Shown: positions 7,806 to 15,245 of the stretch, one piece after another
Layout: each line of letters begins with the position of its first letter
Position numbering within the stretch: position 1 is the stretch's first letter
Origin: Desulfocapsa sulfexigens DSM 10523
GTDB lineage: Bacteria > Desulfobacterota > Desulfobulbia > Desulfobulbales > Desulfocapsaceae
Direction: 5' to 3'
Length of the DNA stretch: 32,000 bases
Assembly (NCBI RefSeq): GCF_000341395.1
Contig: NC_020304.1
Location: forward strand, 720,001-752,000
The notes under the pieces: generated by a model
What the model saw: only the letters and a program-made list of their open reading frames with translations
The model's database searches: none
What the model was told of the DNA's origin: nothing
Position numbers and translations under genes: made by a program

Positions 7806-9464
7806 TCATTTTATTTCTACAATTTTTGCATCCCCAACGTACTCTCTACTTTCAAAACCCGTCATACTTGTCATCTTTTGCGTCAGAACACCAATCTCCT
7901 TCAAGTTTCTGACAATCGTTTTTACGTCATCAATCAAATCCTGATTTTCCAGATCTTCTTCGAGGAGCTGCGCTGTTCCCAGAGCAGCAAAAAGTGGTGA
8001 ATTTATCTCATGGGCAACGGTTCCGGCAAGCTCGACGACCCCCTGAAGTTTTACCCGCTCCAGTTGTTCTTCCTCCAGCTGCCTCTTGGCTGTAACATCA
8101 CGTATCACTTCAATGACATACTCCACCCCTCCATCCGGACCCAGCATAGGGGAGGCTGTGCGCTCACACCAATGCACATCAGAACCCTGCAATATCCTGT
8201 GAGTAAAAGTTGCACTTTTTCCTGTCTCCAAAACTCTATCTACAGGGCAATCCTCTCTCATGCAGTCCTGATCCTGCCAGAGGCCATCATAATCACACCC
8301 CAGAAGGTCATTCTCAGAACGATTCATTACTTCCTGGAAAACCTTATTCACCAGGATCAGATGTTTTCCTTTATCGACCACCAATAACTGCGGCCTGATG
8401 CAATCCAAAATATTTGAAAGAAACCGCTCATTCTCCTCTATCTGATTAAACAGCAGCGTGATCTGCTGATACGTTTTAGCGTTGCGAATGGCAACGCCAC
8501 CAACCTCCGCAGCAGTGACTGCAAAATTAATTTCACTACTGGTAAAGCAATGTGAGACATCAGAGAGGATGCGCAACACGCCGATGACATCATTCCCCGC
8601 CTTGATCGGTACGGAAAGAAGTGACTTAATCCCCTCCTCCTCCATGTTTTTTTTGTAAAAAATCCGGTTATCCTGCCTCACGTCAAAGATAGAGACAGGA
8701 GAACCGGACAGAGCAGCCTCCACGTTCTTTTCATTCTCAACATCTCCCCGCTGCAGATATGTCTCAGACAAGCCGTAGGAGGCTACCAGTTCCAGCTGGT
8801 TACTCTGGGATTGAAGGAGACGTATGGAGCAGCCCTTACACCCAAGTGACTGGGGCAAACGTTCGACGATGGTGTCAAGCACTGCCGACAGATCAAGGCT
8901 GGAACTCACAAGAGTGGAAAGTTCCTGGATCTCCTTCATGAAATCCACCTGATTTTCCATCTCTGTAAACATCCTGCTGTTGGAGATCGCAATTCCAACC
9001 TGTTCCGCAAGGGCCATGGAGAATGAGATTTCATCCGCTGTAAAAATCCGCTTGTCTCGAGTAAGAAGACGAAGCATCCCGATAATTCCATCCTGAAAGA
9101 TAATGGGTAGAGTGAGAATTGACTTTACCCCCTCACTCTGCACCAGTTTCTGGTCATTATGACTGAATTCCTGATCCAGATCAGTCTTCGCTACGGGATA
9201 GCCGGAGCGGATCATCTCCATTGTTTCATCCGTGTCAATACTGATACGGGAAAGATACTCCAGCGAAAGACCATGAGCAGCCCCCATGACAAACTGACCG
9301 GTCTCGGCATCAAGCAGGCGGATGGTTGCTGCGTCTACTGCCATAAGGTCAGGCAGACTGCGGACGATGGTATCCATCACCTGTTGATGATCAAGAACCA
9401 TTGAGGTCAGCTTGGTCACCTTCTGGAAAACCTTGATGTACTTCTGTTCCTGTAACAGCGTCAT
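7806..9464 (-). CDS. GAF-GAF-PAS-HisKA signalling protein lacking an HATPase_c catalytic domain
   Basis: Two GAF-like repeats (…ILTLPIIFQDGIIGMLRL… and …LLSVPIKAGNDVIGVLRI…), a PAS region, and the H-box VAHEINSPLFAALGTAQLL. The protein ends ~65 aa after the H-box. Only 43 nt remain before the next gene, so no N/G1/G2 boxes are encoded. Confidence 0.8.
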   Translation of the reverse strand: MTLLQEQKYIKVFQKVTKLTSMVLDHQQVMDTIVRSLPDLMAVDAATIRLLDAETGQFVMGAAHGLSLEYLSRISIDTDETMEMIRSGYPVAKTDLDQEFSHNDQKLVQSEGVKSILTLPIIFQDGIIGMLRLLTRDKRIFTADEISFSMALAEQVGIAISNSRMFTEMENQVDFMKEIQELSTLVSSSLDLSAVLDTIVERLPQSLGCKGCSIRLLQSQSNQLELVASYGLSETYLQRGDVENEKNVEAALSGSPVSIFDVRQDNRIFYKKNMEEEGIKSLLSVPIKAGNDVIGVLRILSDVSHCFTSSEINFAVTAAEVGGVAIRNAKTYQQITLLFNQIEENERFLSNILDCIRPQLLVVDKGKHLILVNKVFQEVMNRSENDLLGCDYDGLWQDQDCMREDCPVDRVLETGKSATFTHRILQGSDVHWCERTASPMLGPDGGVEYVIEVIRDVTAKRQLEEEQLERVKLQGVVELAGTVAHEINSPLFAALGTAQLLEEDLENQDLIDDVKTIVRNLKEIGVLTQKMTSMTGFESREYVGDAKIVEIK

Positions 9465-9481
9465 AAAACTGTTATATCCCG

Positions 9482-12331
9482 TCAGATTTTTTCAATCTTT
9501 GTCTTGATATATTTCAAAGGCGGCGTTGCCGTCCATTTACATGTTGTATTCGGCCTCAGTAACATATTGGTATTAAATCCCTTGTACTGCGGGTATTTCG
9601 GATCACCTTCAAGTCCATACTTATGACCGAATCCACCGGCGGCAGCGAGTACACCCTGACGAATTCCCCAGGTAACATTGGCAACAGCCTCCACAGAGGC
9701 CCAGGGTGAAGTGATTTTCACTGCGTCGCCATTGGCAATTCCAAGTTCCTTGGCATCGACGTAATTAATCCACACAGGATTGCTTCCGCAGGCCTTCATC
9801 AGAGAAACGTTCCAGAAGGTGGAAGTGTGTTCATGCTCAAGAACCCGGAAAAAACCAGTGATCATGGGAAACTCCTCATCAGGCTGCAATTCAGGCCAAT
9901 CTTCCCAGGGATCCTTGTAATCAGGAAGTCCATCCACTCCGTTTTCTTCTGCAAGAGGATTCATGAAATTGTACTTTCCTGTTTTAGTGTTACCAGATGA
10001 TCCGTAACCGGCAGGTGGATTCATGGAACCCCATTCCTTATATTTGTAATACTCATGCCCGTCGGTGATGTGATAACCAACCTTGCGCAGCTCTTCCAGA
10101 GTAATTGGCTGATTGGAAAGCTGGTTTTCCAGGAACTCATCCTCGTTCTTCCAGGGGAAATATTCACCGTAGCCCAGGCGTTTGGCAATTTCCTGAAAAA
10201 TGGAGACCACTGATTTTGAATCGTACATCGGTTTGATGGCCCGCTGGAAAAGCGAGATAAAGGATTCATACATCCAGTCAGCAACCACCCGACTCTGTTC
10301 AAGATAGGTGCAGTCTGGCAACACCACATCACAGAGTTCAGTTGTGTTGGACATGTAACAGTCGATGGAACATGAGAATTCCAGTTTTTCAATGGCCCGT
10401 TTGACAGATGGCTCACTTCCGCAGGACATAACAGGATTACCAAAGTAGCAGAGCATGGCTTTGAGTTTTCCTTCATCCACATCCTTTTCAAAATAGGCGG
10501 GGATCCATCCACTCCAGAGATGGCCCTTATCAAGCTTTGTTTTAGGTGCATTGTTTGGTGGTTTAGGCTGATCGTCACTCCAGGCTGAAGCCAGTTTTTT
10601 CTTACGAATAAGAGACGGCCCACCGGGTGCATCAAAGGTACCCATCAGCCCGTTCATGGCAATAAGCGCCTGGGTGGCGTGCAGGGTATTCGGTGCCTGG
10701 GTGACACCGGTCCAGCTGTTGGTTCCAACAGCCGGTGCAGCAATGGCAAACTCATGGGCCAGACGGGTAATAGTTCCCGCTGAGATACCACAGATTTCAG
10801 CAGCCCATTCAGGAGTGCGAACGATACCGTCTTCTTCACCCATAAGACGTTTTCTGAACGCCTCAAAGCCATAGGTCCAGTTTTCAACAAAGTCTTTGTT
10901 GTAAAGATCTTCTTTCACAAGTACATAGCACATTGCCATGGCCATGGCGCCATCGGTTCCCGGCTTGATGGCTATCCATTCCGAAGCAATATTTGCAGTT
11001 TCACTACGCCTTGGATCGACCACCACCAGTTTGGCACCACGCTTGACTGCCTTTTTCAAATCGGCAACCTTACGCTGTCCCGCCGAAGTGGCCAGTTCAT
11101 TGATACCAAAAAGCATGATAAATTCTGAGTTTTCGTAATCTATCCAGGGACGCTTCTCACTGAAGTTTTTCTCGTTAGCCATACGTGCCGGATTATCACA
11201 CATCTGCCTGTGAGTGACTTTGTTCGGAGTACCGTAGGCTGCCATAACGGCTTCATGGCACCAGTTATTAAAATCATTGCCACGGTGAAAACCGACTTCA
11301 GTTGGATCGATCCGTTTCAGATTTTCCACGGTGCGGTCAAGGGCTTCTTCCCAGCTGGCCTTACGGAATCTTCCATTTTCCTTGATCAGTGGACTCTTCA
11401 GTCTGTAGGCAGAATATGTATTGTGGTGTGCATTGGCGCCCTTGATGCAAAGTCTGCCCCCCCCCTTTGGATCCCCAGGAAGTCCCTTACAGCCGGTAAT
11501 GATGTTATCTTTCACCCTCACCTCCTGTCCACAGAGGCCGAGACAGATGAAACAGTGCGATTTGACACTCTTCAACTTCTCCGGTGCAACGGTACCCTCT
11601 TCAAGAGTGACATACTCATCGCCAAGCTCAAGTGCGGCTATGGCCTGACTCATATGTTCCAGGATAAAACCGTAGGATTCATCAGTGGCCTGCTGGGAGA
11701 GCATGGCAAAGCTGAACATCCGCTCGTTGAAAAGAAAACTCATGGTGATCTCAGCAAGCCCCCGATAAAACTCAGTCTTGGCCGCACTGGTAAGCACCGC
11801 TGAGAACTCTACCACCCAACTCATAAGATGATTTCGCAGGAAATCAAATTCAGGCTCCTGTTTCACTCCTTTATAGGCCGCCTGTTCGGCAAAGTGACGC
11901 ATGAATTCAAGCTCGGCTGCGATATGATCATCCAGGTCAAGAAAGTCTTTATTCTTATGCAAGCCTGCGGCATTCAGGGCTTCACGCATCTTCACAACTG
12001 GTTCCTGCATAACAAGAGGTTCCCGGGTGGAATAGCAGGACTCGTAGGGAAAGGCTGGATTGTTACCGGCATTGAGAAAGAGATCCGCATATTCATAGCG
12101 CAGTTCATTGAATACTTCTTCTGCAGATGACGATTCAAGAGTACCGCGCATACGGCCAAGGCCTGAACAGAAATCCTGAATGGTACACACTTCCTGTAAT
12201 TTCTTTATCTGGCCAAGAAAAGCTCCTCCACCCATCTTTTCAATAAGCCACAGAGGCACTTCGTCCCGATAGAGGGTGGAAAGGAACTGGTAAATTTTTG
12301 CCCTGGCCAGATTTGTCGCTTTAATATCCAT
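9482..12331 (-). CDS. Fusion of a TorD/DmsD-like redox-enzyme maturation chaperone domain and a molybdopterin (bis-MGD) oxidoreductase catalytic subunit; no Tat signal
   Basis: aa 1-215 carry TorD-family motifs (YEYADLFL, FPYESCY, DDHIAAELEFM). aa 260-295 carry the MopB N-terminal 4Fe-4S motif CFICLGLC...RLC. Typical MGD-binding blocks follow (KLVVVDPRRSETA, AIKPGTDGAMAMAM), then the C-terminal molydop-binding domain (ANGDAVKITSPWASVEAVANV). SD AAGGAGAG precedes the ATG. Confidence 0.85.
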   Translation of the reverse strand: MDIKATNLARAKIYQFLSTLYRDEVPLWLIEKMGGGAFLGQIKKLQEVCTIQDFCSGLGRMRGTLESSSAEEVFNELRYEYADLFLNAGNNPAFPYESCYSTREPLVMQEPVVKMREALNAAGLHKNKDFLDLDDHIAAELEFMRHFAEQAAYKGVKQEPEFDFLRNHLMSWVVEFSAVLTSAAKTEFYRGLAEITMSFLFNERMFSFAMLSQQATDESYGFILEHMSQAIAALELGDEYVTLEEGTVAPEKLKSVKSHCFICLGLCGQEVRVKDNIITGCKGLPGDPKGGGRLCIKGANAHHNTYSAYRLKSPLIKENGRFRKASWEEALDRTVENLKRIDPTEVGFHRGNDFNNWCHEAVMAAYGTPNKVTHRQMCDNPARMANEKNFSEKRPWIDYENSEFIMLFGINELATSAGQRKVADLKKAVKRGAKLVVVDPRRSETANIASEWIAIKPGTDGAMAMAMCYVLVKEDLYNKDFVENWTYGFEAFRKRLMGEEDGIVRTPEWAAEICGISAGTITRLAHEFAIAAPAVGTNSWTGVTQAPNTLHATQALIAMNGLMGTFDAPGGPSLIRKKKLASAWSDDQPKPPNNAPKTKLDKGHLWSGWIPAYFEKDVDEGKLKAMLCYFGNPVMSCGSEPSVKRAIEKLEFSCSIDCYMSNTTELCDVVLPDCTYLEQSRVVADWMYESFISLFQRAIKPMYDSKSVVSIFQEIAKRLGYGEYFPWKNEDEFLENQLSNQPITLEELRKVGYHITDGHEYYKYKEWGSMNPPAGYGSSGNTKTGKYNFMNPLAEENGVDGLPDYKDPWEDWPELQPDEEFPMITGFFRVLEHEHTSTFWNVSLMKACGSNPVWINYVDAKELGIANGDAVKITSPWASVEAVANVTWGIRQGVLAAAGGFGHKYGLEGDPKYPQYKGFNTNMLLRPNTTCKWTATPPLKYIKTKIEKI
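11457..11465. repeat. C9 (G9 on the coding strand) homopolymer inside the oxidoreductase gene
   Basis: Plus strand is ccccccccc. It encodes K-G-G-G (AAG GGG GGG GGC) between Cys3 and Cys4 of the FeS motif. Confidence 0.95.
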
Positions 12332-12346
12332 AATACTCTCCTTTCC

Positions 12347-12733
12347 TCACACGCTCATAGCGCTTTTATTGCCTCTTGATTTCAGGACTTTCTCAACTTT
12401 TTCTTCGAGCTCATCACGATCAATGGGTTTGACACAATATTCATCGGCGCCAAGGCTTATTGCTTCACGGGCAGTTTCAACCGTTGGGTAGCCGGTGAGC
12501 ATAATGGCTTTTATGGATGGCTGGACCTCTTTAAGAAAACCCAGAACTTCGACCCCACTCATCTTTTCCAGCTTTATATCTAGAATGGCAAGATCCACAG
12601 TGTTCTCCTTGGCATAGGCGATGGCCTTATCCTCTTCGGTAAAGCAGTGTACCTTATGTCCTTTTTTAGAAAGAATTTTTCCTATCAGTACCGTTGCATC
12701 CTGCACATCATCTAGAGTCAGTATCTCAGCCAT
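12347..12733 (-). CDS. Single-domain response regulator (CheY-like receiver)
   Basis: 128 aa. Receiver motifs LAILDIKLEKMSG (phospho-Asp) and IMLTGY...A...GADEYCVKP. SD AAGGAG. Confidence 0.9.
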   Translation of the reverse strand: MAEILTLDDVQDATVLIGKILSKKGHKVHCFTEEDKAIAYAKENTVDLAILDIKLEKMSGVEVLGFLKEVQPSIKAIMLTGYPTVETAREAISLGADEYCVKPIDRDELEEKVEKVLKSRGNKSAMSV

Positions 12734-12761
12734 GATATCTCCTTGGTAGTTTGTTTTAGTA

Positions 12762-14348
12762 TCAAAATTGTTCCAGATTTAAGTCTTCATTTACAGACGG
12801 GGATTCCCGCAGTGTAACCGGTAATTTCACATGGAAAGCAGTGCCCCTTATCTTCTCGCCACCCCTCCCCTTCACAGGACTCTCGACCTCTATTGTCCCA
12901 CCGTGTTCTTGTACAATGCCGTAGGAGACAGATAGTCCCAGACCGGTACCTTTTCCTACGGACTTGGTGGTGAAGAAAGGATCGAAAATCTTTGTCACAA
13001 CATCCTCAGGGATTCCATGCCCCGTATCACGTACCGTGGCCACCACCCGGTTAGATTCCTCTTCATATCGGCTGGAAAGATATATATCACCGCCGCCGTC
13101 TTCTTCCATGGCATGGTGGGCATTGTTGATAAAATTGACAAAAACCTGACGCAATTTTTCGGTATCACCCACAATCGCTGGCAAATTATCACTGAAATCA
13201 CGGTGGGCATGGATATGATCCATATTCAGAGAATGTTCTGTCACAGCCAGGACATCTTCCAGTACCTCGTTTATTTGAATATTTTCACGGGCACTTTCCG
13301 ACTGCCGGGAAAACTTCAGTAAATCGGCTACTATTTTGCGGCAGGCTTTGGCCTGTCGTTCAATAACCTGAAGACTTTGTCCCTCCTCACTGTCAGGACT
13401 GAAATCATCCATCATCAGTTGAGAATACCCAAGAATTACACCAAGAGGAGTATTAATCTCATGGGCAACTCCGGCTGCCATCTGTCCCACCGATGCCATT
13501 TTCTCACTGGATGCAAGCTGTTCCATCATGGTTCTGACCCTGGTAAGATCCTTGGCAATCCCCTCACATCCTATAAAATTCCGTTCCTCATCATAAACCG
13601 CAGTTGCAGAAAGAAGGACATAGATTACACTCCCATCAGCCCGAACAAATTCAACTTCCAGATCCTCAACAAATCCTACGGCAATCAGGGTTTCAAAATA
13701 CTTTTCCAGATCATCTTCATTACAAAAAATATTCTGCAATGTAAGATTCCTCTCGTCTTCCATGGTATATCCAAGCATTTCCAGACCTGCCGTGTTCATA
13801 TTGACCAGCCTGTTCACCGAATCACAAAAATAAACCATATCCTTGGAATTAATAAAAAAGTTCCGGAATTTCTTTTCCGAAGCAGAGAGCTTTTTAGTGC
13901 GCTGTTCCACCATCTCTTCAAGATTTGCGTTCATCTTCAGCAACTTATCGGCAGAGACCTCCAGTTGTTCATTGGCCTCCTTTAAGCTTTTTGCTTTTTG
14001 CTGAATTGCACGAAACCCTTCTATCCCTTTGTGGTAATAGATACTTACTGCCGCAAGAGAGATCATTAACAGGGTGTTGAAGCCACCTGAGTAGGGAGCA
14101 AGAACATGCCACTGTTCCGTATTGTCAGCGATCAGAAGTAATTGTTTAAGAAGGTGCCCAACGGCCCTCGAAACGGAAAAGCAGACCAGAGTCAGGCAAA
14201 AATAGAAGAGAAATCCCCAGAGAAAATTTTCGGGTTGTTTACGAATCAGGAGCCAGGCATAACGCAGCGAGAGAAACGACAGCACAATAATAATAAAAGA
14301 GCCAACCATATCGACAAGAATGGCTGGAAGCATGATAAGACTGGTCAT
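12762..14348 (-). CDS. Membrane-bound PAS sensor histidine kinase (HisKA + HATPase_c)
   Basis: N-terminal multi-TM region, coiled coil and PAS domain. H-box [21 protein letters not shown]-box [10 protein letters not shown]1 DTGHGI, G2 GKGTGLGLS. The start overlaps the upstream stop (ATGA). Confidence 0.9.
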   Translation of the reverse strand: MTSLIMLPAILVDMVGSFIIIVLSFLSLRYAWLLIRKQPENFLWGFLFYFCLTLVCFSVSRAVGHLLKQLLLIADNTEQWHVLAPYSGGFNTLLMISLAAVSIYYHKGIEGFRAIQQKAKSLKEANEQLEVSADKLLKMNANLEEMVEQRTKKLSASEKKFRNFFINSKDMVYFCDSVNRLVNMNTAGLEMLGYTMEDERNLTLQNIFCNEDDLEKYFETLIAVGFVEDLEVEFVRADGSVIYVLLSATAVYDEERNFIGCEGIAKDLTRVRTMMEQLASSEKMASVGQMAAGVAHEINTPLGVILGYSQLMMDDFSPDSEEGQSLQVIERQAKACRKIVADLLKFSRQSESARENIQINEVLEDVLAVTEHSLNMDHIHAHRDFSDNLPAIVGDTEKLRQVFVNFINNAHHAMEEDGGGDIYLSSRYEEESNRVVATVRDTGHGIPEDVVTKIFDPFFTTKSVGKGTGLGLSVSYGIVQEHGGTIEVESPVKGRGGEKIRGTAFHVKLPVTLRESPSVNEDLNLEQF

Positions 14349-14818
14349 TCCTTCTCCTCCTCACAACTGCTGCGATAGATGCCCTTCATAGCAAGATAGA
14401 GAAAATAGAGAGCTGGAACGCTGAAAAGATGGTCAAGCTTAGTGAAATAAAACCAGAGCTTTACATTGGTGAGTGGTCCCTGAAGTCTGGTGGTCAGATA
14501 GCCTCCTTCACGGGTGAAATGGACACTGTCTACAAATGCAGCAAGAGAATGTCCTGTAAAGGCCACAATATTCCAGAGTATCATAAAAACACAACAAATC
14601 TGGAGATAACGCCATCCCTGAGACTTGAAGGCACTCTGGCGAATCCCCCAGATGAGATAACACATAGCAGCAGTATAAAAGATATGGGCCAATTGATGAA
14701 CGTATAAACCCTCCGGAGCACCGTGACTTTGTACAGCCCAGGCGTTCTCAGGAAACACAGTCAGCGTCATTAGGAGGAGAAACGGGGACATTCTGTGCGT
14801 TGTTTTAAGAAAGTTCAT
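14345..14818 (-). CDS. Small membrane protein of unknown function (signal peptide plus ~3 TM), translationally coupled to the kinase
   Basis: N-terminus MNFLKTTHRMSPFLLLMTLTVFPENAWA resembles a signal peptide, followed by hydrophobic helices. First gene after the sigma-54 promoter. 4-nt overlap with the kinase gene. Confidence 0.55.
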   Translation of the reverse strand: MNFLKTTHRMSPFLLLMTLTVFPENAWAVQSHGAPEGLYVHQLAHIFYTAAMCYLIWGIRQSAFKSQGWRYLQICCVFMILWNIVAFTGHSLAAFVDSVHFTREGGYLTTRLQGPLTNVKLWFYFTKLDHLFSVPALYFLYLAMKGIYRSSCEEEKE

Positions 14819-14905
14819 TCCGTACCATCAATGTATTATAGGCTTACCACAGACCTGTAAAAACCTGCCTTCCACAAGAGACAGTGGCCCACATCACACA
14901 TGACA

Positions 14906-14922
14906 TTGCACATACGGTGCCA
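14906..14922 (-). promoter_or_regulatory. Sigma-54 (-24/-12) promoter
   Basis: Minus strand reads TGGCACCGTATGTGCAA, against the consensus TGGCAC-N5-TTGCW. GG and GC have the exact canonical spacing. It lies ~85-100 nt upstream of the ATG at 14818 and directly downstream of a sigma-54 activator gene. Confidence 0.7.
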
Positions 14923-14961
14923 CATTTAGGCACAAATAAATTATTTCACACTAAAACGAAA

Positions 14962-14974
14962 AATCAAAGGGTTA
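14962..14974. promoter_or_regulatory. IHF-binding site candidate between the UAS and the -24/-12 promoter
   Basis: AATCAAAGGGTTA matches WATCAANNNNTTR at every specified position. It sits in an A/T-rich tract about 40 nt upstream of the -24 element. Confidence 0.5.
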
Positions 14975-15029
14975 TTTCATAAAAGATACAACATAGTGAC
15001 AATACAGCTTTTGCTGCACACTGGCAGAA

Positions 15030-15056
15030 ACCGCATCGAAAAAGATGCACCGCATC
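15030..15056. promoter_or_regulatory. Candidate enhancer (UAS): repeated ACCGCATC with interleaved GATGC inverted repeats
   Basis: ACCGCATC occurs at 15030-15037 and 15049-15056. GATGC at 15044-15048 forms GCATC-N6-GATGC and GATGC-N3-GCATC palindromes. GATGCAC recurs at 15171-15177. The site lies 110-135 nt upstream of the -24 element. Confidence 0.4.
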
Positions 15057-15245
15057 AAAAACAGTGCAATGTTGAGTGTTGTGGATACTGCTGTAGGACA
15101 ACTGCTTAACGCAGATTTCACTAACAAACCATGAAAAGGAATACTATCGGAACACTGGTGCCACAAAACAGATGCACTCTTAAATGTAAGGAGGATGACC
15201 TCTCAGGGTACTGCGTGATACCTTAAGGTTCACTGCAGTGCGAAA

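Noticed and set aside
10021-13985. Long alternative-frame or antisense ORFs inside the oxidoreductase and kinase genes (10021..10635 -, 11210..11803 +, 13377..13985 +, and shorter ones)
   Set aside because: They overlap CDSs with unambiguous domain signatures. Long shadow ORFs are expected opposite or within real genes, and these have no motifs of their own.
15157-15163. Second TGGCAC-like element (minus strand TGGCACCAGTGTTCCG)
   Set aside because: The position that should carry the -12 GC dinucleotide reads CC. It would also lie upstream of the enhancer-like repeats. I kept only the 14906-14922 site.
14972-15166. 64-aa minus-strand ORF in the 427-nt spacer
   Set aside because: It spans the putative enhancer repeats, has no SD and has an odd composition. 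The region is better explained as regulatory DNA.
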